A model generated the notes under the pieces. The model saw only the letters and a program-made list of their open reading frames with translations. It ran no database searches and was not told the origin of the DNA. The position numbers and the translations under genes are program-made. A stretch of 64,000 nt of DNA from Phoronis australis (Eukaryota; Animalia; Phoronida), in the NCBI GenBank assembly GCA_002633005.1, contig NMRA01000273.1, positions 501,555 to 565,554 of the forward strand. Reading direction: 5' to 3'. Within the stretch, counting starts at the first letter, position 1. Each line of letters begins with the position of its first letter. This document shows positions 13,999 through 24,500 of the stretch, in pieces.

Positions 13999-14998
13999 GG
14001 ACCAAGGGTCACCCTACACATGAATCCGGGAAAGTACCAAGAATTATGATTGTCAGCACACAAACCGTTACATTACAAATTCAATGAAAACACCCCTTAC
14101 CTGAGGTGGCGCTAGGTTCGTTTCACAGAAAAAAATCCTTTCCAGCAGTAACAACGTTTTCGTTGATCTTAATTGTAAAAGTGGATATTTACGAACAAAC
14201 GTTCAAGTGATCGAAGTGCAAACGTTAGTTTGATTCAGTTGATGTTTAGTCATTTTCAAATCTCTCGTTAAGATGTGTAACGGTAGCGCTTCTTACTATA
14301 GATTAAAACTTTTTATAATCTATAAATTTACTTAGATCCGATCTAACTATCTCCGCATGTAATCATATGCTGATATTTTCAGGCGAAAAACCATAACCGT
14401 CTTGTGATATCGGGCATCAAAGGCAATGCAAAGCGGCCAGTTCTGTTTTTGAAAACTTCTGCCTTCCTTTTAGGCTAGTAAATTGTCCCTTGCCGAATTA
14501 TATTTTTAAGTTACTCACGAAATGTCGTCGATTTTTCACGACATGTTTGACAGTTTTTAGTGAGCCCATAGATTAGAAAGACTCTCTATAACCATGCCCG
14601 TAGCCAGCATTGCACGGGGGGTGCTTCGAGTTTCTAGAACGGTGGAACTTCGATATTTTGCAAACTTCGACACTGTAGAGTTTTTGACGCAGCTTAATTA
14701 GAGGGAAGGGAAATTTGTATATACACCGATGACTCTCAGCTCTGTGTTCTTGAGATGAGATGGAATTCGCAATACCGCAAAGAACGGGACTCAAATTCGG
14801 ACGTAATGTAAGAGGATATTCTCGCGTTACCTCCTGCCAAACTTTCAAATCAGGCGTGTTTAGTAATTGATTACACCTCATTACATACCCGGACGTAAAT
14901 ATTTAGTCGGAGAATGACTTAACGAAATTTTTTATCTGGTTGTATTTTTGTGTGTTAAGCTACTTAAGTTGCTTACGTCGCTTGAAATGGGAACAGAC

Positions 14999-15074
14999 CA
15001 CTATTTCGAAGGTTCACTACTCCGAAGGTTCACTATTGCGAAGGTTCACTACTTCGAAGGTTCACTACTCCGAA
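14999..15074. repeat. About 16-bp tandem repeat (cactactccgaaggtt), about 4.5 copies
   Basis: Direct observation. Confidence 0.9.
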
Positions 15075-15394
15075 AATATCTAAAATTACGGAATCAGGTG
15101 TAATTTTTAGACATTTTCATGCAAAAATAAATGATACTTCGGTTATTAGATGCACTGAGTGGTGTACCTATGCCGAAAGCAACGCCTGAGTACTAAACCA
15201 CTTTAGTCATGAATTATCAACTACGATACATTCGTCAAATGCATGTCAAGATCGCATCCTTTCACAGCGGTGTACCTATACCGAAAACAACTTGACGCCC
15301 GAGTACTAAAGCACTTTGTTTATGGATTTCATGCTCATGCGAAATTGCCCGCATGTCTTACGAATACAAAAAATGAGTACGTACTTGCATTTTT

Positions 15395-15450
15395 AAGCCA
15401 AGGGGGGGGGGGGCGGGCGGGCCCCCTGGCCCCCCCTAAATCCGCCTATG
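15395..15450. mobile_element. Orphan right terminus of the same hAT-like family
   Basis: gccaagggggg...ggccccccctaaatccgcctatg, nearly identical to 13950-13998. Confidence 0.65.
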
Positions 15451-15553
15451 CGTTTCTAGACAATTGAAAAGTACCAAAATAATGAGTAAAGGCAAAATAT
15501 GCCTAAGCATATATGTATTCCGCCGCACATCTCCAAACTTTGGAGCAGATAAG

Positions 15554-17245
15554 CAGTAGCGGATCTACGGGGGGGGGTTCAGGGGGTTTAAGCCCCCCCC
15601 CTCGGGCCAGGACCCAAAAATTAAAAAAAAGACAAAAGCGTATCCAGCAAAACAAAAACGGCACCGCCAGCGTGTGTAAACCCCAAGTAAACCAACTTGT
15701 AGAAAATTGAGGGGGGGGTTCACTCTGAAAATATAGTTTTTTTGCATTGTGAATTGCCGAGTCTTTGTGGCTCATCGGCAAAACGCGCGGGGATTAATTG
15801 TGCGCGCGCTTCCGTCGATACTTCTGAAGTAGCCAAGCATTTTAGATGGATTCACCGCTGAAACAGCAATTCTATAGCTGATTTCTTTTGGTAACTAGCT
15901 TCTTTACTCTAAGATATATTTTGATTTGATTAGGGAAAATACTGCGGTGCCGCAACCCTGATATTCAGGCGAATTGACGTGCAACGTTTTTACCTCATCT
16001 GTCATGCCGTGTCGTTCTATTACAATCCACACGTTTGTAACTGATGTATAGTAAATTTGTGTTGCGCAATATCATACAATGTACATGTACAGGTACATGT
16101 AATATTGTGTACATGTACATGTAATATTTTTGAAAAAAATTCTTTTTCCGAAGAATTGCTATTGTGGCGGGCGCCGTGGTCTGGTCGCGAGTCCGTTTGA
16201 AGACACACTCTGTAACAAGTTATGTCTATACAAGGAATGACCAAGGGGGGCACTCACATTGAGAAAGTGACCGCATTCGCGAAAAGTGTACAGTACCAGA
16301 AATTGCGGGGAGGCTGTTCTTTCACAACAAAGTCTTGCGGGCCTCGTGCGATGTTCAATAGGCCTCCTAAGGAGCCCTAGTTCCGACCTCAACACCTACC
16401 GTCGGTCTACCTGCAATAAGCACACTGCCGTCTTCCATACTGGGAATTTTGGCACAAAGGCTCACCCGATGAAACGCTCATGCCCATGGGCATTTATTTG
16501 ATATTAGTACTTCGGGTTTCAAGCGTTCAGACAATGTGACGTTTATTTCGGAAATTGCAAGAGATGCAAATAGGTCCTGGGATGCTTCGTCAAGGTTTGA
16601 AGTAGTCCATGATGAACGGATCAAATTTAGTTGCGCATGTAAGTCTTTTGAATGGACTTGGCAACCTCAAGGGTCTTATTGTCAACTGAGCTGCGAAACG
16701 AGAAGCTGANNNNNNNNNNNNNNNNNNNNNNNNNNNNNNNNNNNNNNNNNNNNNNNNNNNNNNNNNNNNNNNNNNNNNNNNNNNNNNNNNNNNNNNNNNN
16801 NNNNNNNNNNNNNNNNNNNNNNNNNNNNNNNNNNNNNNNNNNNNNNNNNNNNNNNNNNNNNNNNNNNNNNNNNNNNNNNNNNNNNNNNNNNNNNNNNNNN
16901 NNNNNNNNNNNNNNNNNNNNNNNNNNNNNNNNNNNNNNNNNNNNNNNNNNNNNNNNNNNNNNNNNNNNNNNACAATATGGTTTCACGAAACTTATGAGCC
17001 AAGTTCATGTGACGAAATCGAGAAGGGTTTTTAATTATCTTAAGAAAAACTCCAGAGACATGTTAAGTGCCAGAAACTTACCAGGATGCATGGAAATTTC
17101 ACTATCTGGCTACAAAAACAAAAAATATCTTACACGGGAGGGGAAACCCACCTGCCGACCTCCCCCCGCTCGGCGCCACGCGCCTAGGATTCGACCTTGG
17201 CGGGAATCTTAAACCCCCCTTGCTGAAATCGTAGATCCGCCACTG
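15554..17245. mobile_element. Non-autonomous hAT-like element with 5-bp TSD ATAAG (contains gap 16710-16971)
   Basis: ataag|cagtagcggatctacg ... cgtagatccgccactg|ataag; 16-bp TIR with one mismatch. Confidence 0.8.
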
Positions 17246-17536
17246 ATAAGTATACTGAATATAGTTTTTTGGAAAGAAATAAAAATAAAACGTTTTATTT
17301 TAGTTAATTTATTTTTGTTTTATATTTAACATTAGTTTTATATGAGTGTTAATCCAAAGTTTTATGTGATGAACTGTTTGATGCTGTATATCTTGTGCCT
17401 GCACCACGCTTATACACAGGCAATGGTCTAAGTAGTAAATGAAGACGCAACACAGCTTTTTGCCTGTGCACGACGACAAGCCATCTGTTGATCAATTGGC
17501 AAACTAAAATGGCAGACGATTTTAGTTGTTGGTGAA

Positions 17537-18373
17537 ATGTCACTGGAAGAGGATTTATCAGAAGAATTTAATGACTCTGATGACACGATGCCAAAGATAA
17601 ACAAGAAGAAGCGCAAGCGAACTGTTATAGGAACAGAACAACTAGTAGCCCTTGAGAAAGCATTCAGCAGTGAACAATGGCCTACCAGAGATACGAAGTT
17701 GCAACTGGCTGCTCAAATTGGTGCATCAAAGAAATTTGTTGCCGTCTGGTTTCAAAACAAGCGGGCAAAACTCAGAAAGGAAAACATCAAAGAAGAAACG
17801 CCAGACAACACACCTGTTGTATGCACCACCGTGAAACTTCCAATTGCTCGTAATAAACCCAACGCGCCTGCATCCAAACCAGTGAAGTCGACTACTAAAT
17901 TGCCAGCTCAATGCAAAGCAGTTTATCCGAAGCTGACAAACTTGACAAAGGCAAAAGCAACAGGTTGCCCAACGCAAAGCACATCCCAAGAGAACAAAGC
18001 AAAAGACGCACCAGTGATTATCGCTAGTCCCGTATCTGTCGTGAAGCCTGTACAGTGCTCATCAACTGGGACTAGTGGGCCTAGTCAAAATGTACCGCAA
18101 AACAGCATCAAGCTAAAGCTGGCCAAATTATCCATGTCTAATCCAAACGTAATGGAAGTAGAATGGACAGCTAACTCGGTGCCAATCTTCACAAAAGCAA
18201 TGGAGACTCCATGGTCTTCAGTGAATACAGCAACCGAGTCCAGTTCACAACCTAGAATAATTGCGCCAGTTGCTTCGACTGGGTCCTCTGTTTTAAAGCC
18301 CGCTGCAGCTGCTGCTGAAATCCCGGGTTTACTTATTCAACAACAAAAAAGTAATACAAAAGAGGTACTATGA
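17537..18373 (+). CDS. Intronless divergent homeobox transcription factor, 278 aa; homeodomain at about 17606-17785 followed by a Ser/Thr/Pro/Lys-rich tail
   Basis: KKRKRTVIGTEQLVALEKAFSSEQWPTRDTKLQLAAQIGASKKFVAVWFQNKRAKLRKEN fits the 60-aa homeodomain: R5, L13, L16, E17, F20, P26, L34, W48, F49, Q50, N51, R53. It is the longest ORF in the window. Family not assignable by eye. Confidence 0.9.
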   Translation: MSLEEDLSEEFNDSDDTMPKINKKKRKRTVIGTEQLVALEKAFSSEQWPTRDTKLQLAAQIGASKKFVAVWFQNKRAKLRKENIKEETPDNTPVVCTTVKLPIARNKPNAPASKPVKSTTKLPAQCKAVYPKLTNLTKAKATGCPTQSTSQENKAKDAPVIIASPVSVVKPVQCSSTGTSGPSQNVPQNSIKLKLAKLSMSNPNVMEVEWTANSVPIFTKAMETPWSSVNTATESSSQPRIIAPVASTGSSVLKPAAAAAEIPGLLIQQQKSNTKEVL

Positions 18374-19958
18374 GTGTGACAAGGCTATGAGGTGGCCACT
18401 GACGTGGTGATAACAGTGATACGGAACACCAATAGGTTATTATTTATATGGATAAACAAAGTGGACATAGTATTTTCTATTCTGAATTAATATCTCTGCT
18501 GAACCAAAAACAACTCGAGTTATTTTTTGGTCTTGCACATTAAGGAAAATAATGTTTTGGATCATTTTTAATTCTGGCAAATAAGAAAATTGTGGTTTTG
18601 AGGTATCTTTATTTTTGGTCCTTCAGAGTTAAAATGTTTTGGCCATTTTTAAATCTTGCATAGCGGCGTGTCCTGGAATTTCATCCTTTGGCTTTCCGTA
18701 ATTATTCAATCAAAGAGGCAAAACATAAAATATGACAAGCGAAGTAAGTTGAAGGGTTTAACTAAAATATTCATGAAGGTAGAAAGTTGGCCACAAAATA
18801 ATGAACTAAACCCCCTTAGACTAAGAAAATAGCCCACTGCACCTAATGCGCGGGCATTGTTCTTTCTTAAACTTCTTGGTAATGCAATTGCAGTTTCTGG
18901 TTTTGCGAATTACTGAAACAAACATCGACGAGAGGCCTGCCATAAAATCTGAGTCAATAGTTAGATTATTAGGATGCATTCACAAATGTTGACAAATGAC
19001 TTTCGCGAACGATCCGGCCAAATGCATCATAGTTTGCAAACTGCAATATTGATAATATATGTCCTGTCTGCATGTAAACAACACAACCAATTTGCTATGG
19101 AAGATATTGCCAGATTCGTTACTATCATGAAAGATCAATAAAGCCTTTAAATGAAAAAAATCTAGTTCAGCGCGATTTCCAGTCAATATTCAAGTAGGTC
19201 TATCTTGTCTTGGTATTCCTCCACTGATGCGGAAGCCATAATTTGCATTGTTTGTTTAACCAATGTAAAACTTAGGAAATGAGAAAATAAATAAAAGCTT
19301 GATGCTGAGGATTTTAATTGCCATATTCGTGATGTATTTGTAATATTTGTAAAATATTACAAATACGTGACTTAAGCCGAGAATTATTTTGTTTATGATG
19401 CAATGAATGCATGGGTGCTAAGTCTGAGGCAATTGAGGCCTAGAGCAATTTTGTTCATGATGGATTACGTAAGATAATTGAGAGATTTCATTAAGTTATC
19501 ACTAGATTTGAGATTTCGCTCTCGTGAGCATTCATGGTTAAGTACAATACAAACTTTGGGTAATCCTACAATATTAAATTAGCAGGCCAAATTGGGAATG
19601 GATGCATACACAAGCTCACTTCACAGATCAGTTTATATATTTCCAGCCCATGATTGGATATTCTTGTGGATTTGGTCCAACACAGACGCCGCCTCCACCA
19701 AACACATTACTACACAGTATTGTTGGAATGATGGCTATGGCCGAAGGTATGCTTGCCATGACCTATGGCACACCTAACTGGTATATTCATATTATCTGAA
19801 CTTAACAGGCCAAGCACCTCACGTCCATCTGTTCTTAGCATGTTTACAAAATTTGGAATTTCTTTGGTGTACGATAGTATTGTGGTAAACAGTGAGTTGC
19901 TGTAGTTTCTTAGTCAATCTTGAGCTTTGTGTATATAAGTATACAGTGCTCTTCTTAA

Positions 19959-20108
19959 TTTTGTTTTCAGGTGGGCTAATTCATCCAGGTAATCCACAAT
20001 TTGATTCATTTTGTTTTCAGGTGGGCTAATTCATCCAGGTAATCCACAATTTGATTCATTTTGTTTTCAGGTGGGCTAATTCATCCAGGTAATCCACAAT
20101 TTGATTCA
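19959..20108. repeat. Perfect 50-bp tandem repeat, 3 copies
   Basis: ttttgttttcaggtgggctaattcatccaggtaatccacaatttgattca x3. Confidence 0.97.
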
Positions 20109-20749
20109 TGTGTGAATTCATTCTTGTATGGAATCAAGATAGCTGGCAACCATCGGCTGATCTATACTAAAGGTGTTGGTCTAGATGTGGAACAACTCCC
20201 AGACGACTGAGTCTCTTCTTGTGAGAAGACTTCACCATTGCCAGCTTCACGTCCTGATACACTGCTGCAGAGTATAGGAACCGGCCCACGTTTTTCTCAG
20301 AAGTTCCTTGTAAAACAGTTCAACTATACAAAGTAGGATGAAGCACAAACTAGGGTTCAGTTGGATCACTTCTTTAAAGCGATGGAACATGACATCTACC
20401 AGTAGCGTGCATGCACTATTAATGTTGTGACAAAGATGTTAAACAAGTCCAGTTGTCATTTGGTAACTCTTCTGAAGAAGTAATTCAACTCCTGAAATAA
20501 TACACAGTGAAGTTTTGACCTTCACAGGTGACCTTACAAATGCTTGAAGTGCAGATATTTTTTACTCATTCAAACAATATTGCTTGGTTTTCTCTCAAGT
20601 TCACTCTTTGTTCAGTTTATGTACACACTACTACATTAAAAAGTTGAAGGTCTGACATCGCCACAAATTTGTACTACTGCACTTACACATGTGCACCTTC
20701 ACAAAAACAAAAATGCAACTTAATGCAAGACATTCAGTACATTAAAAGC

Positions 20750-20755
20750 TTTATT
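20750..20755 (-). terminator. Candidate EML polyadenylation signal (AATAAA)
   Basis: tttatt on the + strand about 660 nt past the stop, with T/GT-rich sequence downstream on the minus strand. Confidence 0.4.
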
Positions 20756-21415
20756 GCCAATTTCAAACATCAAGTGAACAATGCCTTATGTGCTGATTTT
20801 GACTAAACGTACATTATACGTTCAAATTACATTATGCAGTTCAAATTTTCATACTTTTTGTTTTTTAATTGATTGTAATGCACTCAAAGAAATTGCCACA
20901 ACACTATTTTGCATCCACCATCTCCAGCTCTAGAAGTACAAAACCCATTTCTCATTAACTTTAGTCCACCGTGGTTTGCATTGCAACCGAGGTAGCTAAA
21001 ACATTCACAATGCAAAGACTAGAATAATGATAAGTTAAAGACTAAAAAGACTAAGTTATGTAAATGTTTCAAAATGTCCAAAAATGACCTCCCCACACAG
21101 CACATCTACAAACAGCAGAGCATATCTTCAAATCAAACCTGAAATCCTTTCCAGAACAGTACATGTCAACGTCGCACACAATTTTTATCTCTGCTCATCA
21201 AGAGCACTGATAACACCTTACACTAATATATTCAATTGTATGTCTAAATTTTGATCTTGCACAATGTCGTACCAAAACATGCTGTTGAGGATTAGCAATA
21301 TAGTAAATGTGAATTTCATTATCATAGAGACTCTTAAAATTGACTATAATTCTAACATACAAAGAGGTAAATTGCAAAGAATCAAAAACATAAATACTCA
21401 GATCTGTCATCACTT

Positions 21416-21544
21416 CTATTCGTTAATTTGCCACTGTAATATGGCCATGTCCTTTCCACCCACTGACAGTAATCGTGAATCATCGTACAGGAAACGAACA
21501 TTGGTCACGTGGCTGCTGTGTCCTCCGTAGCTTCGACTTGGGGC
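21416..21544 (-). CDS. EML: EML terminal coding exon
   Basis: APSRSYGGHSSHVTNVRFLYDDSRLLSVGGKDMAILQWQINE* (TAG). Confidence 0.95.
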   Translation of the reverse strand, partial: APSRSYGGHSSHVTNVRFLYDDSRLLSVGGKDMAILQWQINE

Positions 21545-24500
21545 CTGCAGAAAGCGCAAATAAAAGTACATCAATTCTATATTGATGAACATACACCTAC
21601 ACAAGGCTTCAGAGGTCTAACACATTAAAGAACCAAATTCGTTTTGCCATTATGAAAACGTCCCATACGCTTTGTAGTGACATCTGGTTTTGCTTTTGTT
21701 TGCATCAGATCTCGAATGATTCACTTTAAAACCAGATGGCAGTCTGGTCCACTTGGGACAAACAATGCAGTGTGCAACATGACGCATCTAGGGTTGTTAA
21801 TTTATGGTACTAATTTCACAATAGACTGGTGTCTAGAGATATTGAAGGGTGGGTCAATCGGGCAATAAACTTGTATTCTATCAAAGAAGCAAATTTTTGA
21901 TTTGGACTGCTTACTGCTATAAAATTGGTCTCAACTTGATCCTTAAATCCGATGAGAAGTTATTTCTGGGTTTGCACGTTCAAATGACATAAAAGTTATG
22001 TGAACAGGATGTACCTTCAGATGACAGCAAGGGTATGTAAACAGGTTAACCTTTCCGTAGTCATCAGCAGAAGCCACAAGAGTCTGGTTGTTAGATCTGG
22101 TGCAGGCGTTCACATCTGTGCCATCAGCATTCTCTGGCCATATACCTACAACAGGCTGGACTTTGTAAGACAGGGAAGGTTAGCGAACGATGACCATATA
22201 CCAACAACACGCAGGACTGACTTGGTACAAGAAAGGTCAGTTAAGATGACTGAATTTATTTAAAATTATAAACCTCCAATGTAAATGAAAACGGCCAAAA
22301 CAACTTATAACACTAGTTCTTCCAGGCAGCCCACTTCACTGAAAACATACAAAATTCACTAGATGGCGCTAGTGTAACAACAGTCCTGCCTGCAGAAATG
22401 CCATGTATTCAAGTAGTCATTTGGGATCCTTGTCCTAAAACACCCCCCCCCTCATGCTGATGAACAACTTTCTGTTCTAAATCTATTCAAAGTGTTAAAA
22501 AGAGGAACCTCTCTTCATTAGCACTGAGCATCGAGTCGCCCATTGACTCGCATTGTTTTATTCTCAATGTTTACAAGATGACTAAACATTGTAATAAAAA
22601 ACAAATGCCATGCACAAACAACAAAGTAATAAAATACAAAAAATACAATACTTCGAATGACTAATTCGATCTGAGTGAAATTTGACATGACCATGATCTC
22701 GTTAGGACAGTTATTACTGAAAAGTTTAGAATGCTGCATAACCACTGCAACGTTTAGGCTAGACAAAGAGAACAGAGATGGAAATACAATTCACAAGATA
22801 GCTGTTGAAGAATAAAAATGTAATTCACAAGAGTTAAAGTGACATTATTAGTGATGAATTCTTTTTTAATGTCAGCCCCAGCGCATAATTGAACTGAAAA
22901 CTGTCGCCTTGCACTCAAATCCTCTGATCGCTGAGCTAAACTTCACTCAGAAAATGGAGGAATATTTCACATGTATTTAACAGGTAAATTGACTGGCCTT
23001 GATTTCAGCGAATGTCTGGCAAACAACGACAAGAATAGCGGAGTTGCAACCAAATCGATTTAACAATTGCGCATGTCCGGAAATTAGGGCGTGCAAAGCC
23101 TATTGGGATTGATGAACGTATGTGGAATGGCCGATTGGTTTGCACGACGTCTGAACTGTGTGCATTAAACTACGCTGCTGTTTGTAATTCTGCCGCTATT
23201 TGCCCAGAATAAGCGCCCATGCCCTTATAAGTGCCCTCAAGCATATTTGTTTACTGAATTATACCGCTATAACTACAATGCAACATTTTCAATATGGCGG
23301 TGTTGCAACTCCGCTATTGGCGGTTTGTAACAACATCACAAAAACAACGGATTGCATTGTTTTGTAGCCCTGGTCATAGCTAATGTCTACCATTCAACAA
23401 AAATCCCAATATTGTGTTTTTTTTTGTGCGTAAAAACGATAATGTCCCTTCAACTCAAGAAGGCTTCTGATTTTAACTACTTACAGGTTTATTTTTGTCA
23501 AACTAAAGTAACCAGTACCTAAGCCATGTTTCAAGTGAACTCACCGGCCACAGTGAAGTCCAGAGTACAGTTCTGAGTCGCCCATTCCGTATCCTTCAGA
23601 GTGCTTGACTGGAACACCTGTTTACATGAGCTGCCTGACCCTGTGGTTAGTCATAGATTATCAATGTATGTACAATATTTACTTACTGAACAATACTTCA
23701 CACAACCAAACATTTTATATCACANGATCCTTGTCCTAAAACACACCCCTCATGCTGATGAACAACTTTCTGTTCTCAATCTGTTCAATGTGTTAAAAAG
23801 AGGAACCTCTCTTCATTAGCACTGAGCATCGAGTCGCCCATTGACTTGCATTATTTTATTCTCAATGTTTACAAGATGACTAAAAATTATTGTAATAAAA
23901 AACAAATGTCATGTGCAAACAACAGAGTAATAAAATACAAAAATACAATACTTCGAACGACTAATTCGTTCCGAGTGAAATTCGATATGACAGTGATCTC
24001 TTTAGAACAATTATTACTGAAAAGTTTAGAATGCTGCATAACCACTGTGACGTTTAGGCCAGACAAAGGGAACATAGATGGAAATACAATTCACAAGATA
24101 ACTGTTGGAGAATAAAAATATAATTCATGAGATAACTGGCACAGAACAAAAATATCCAATCAAGTTAAGGCGACATTATTAGTGATGAATTTTTTTAATG
24201 TCAGCGCAGAATTGAACTGAAAACTGTCGTGTCGCAGTCAAATCCTCTGGTCGCTGAGCTAAACTCCACTTGGAAAATGGAGAAATATTTCAAGTGTATT
24301 TAACAGGTAAATTGACTGGCCTTGATTTCAGCGAATGTCTGGCAAACAAACTACGAGAATTGGCGATTTGTAACTACATCATAAAAACGCAACGAATTGT
24401 ATTGTTTTATAGCCCTGGTCATAGCTAATGTCTATACAATTCAACAAGAATCACAATATTGTATTTTCCGTGCGTAAAAACGATAATGTCCCTTCAACTC

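Noticed and set aside
16627-17212. ORFs spanning N-gaps (also 50992-51484)
   Set aside because: They are open only because of N runs. The SFS...KTYMRN fragment faintly recalls a hAT dimerisation motif, but the spacing is wrong.
19959-20108. CRISPR-like array (also 57255-58716)
   Set aside because: Eukaryotic context, no unique spacers and no cas genes; these are tandem repeats.
22518-24115. Paired ORFs ...VVMQHSKLFSNNC... as a duplicated small gene
   Set aside because: They are the same intronic sequence in the two duplicated blocks, with non-ATG starts and frame differences between the copies.
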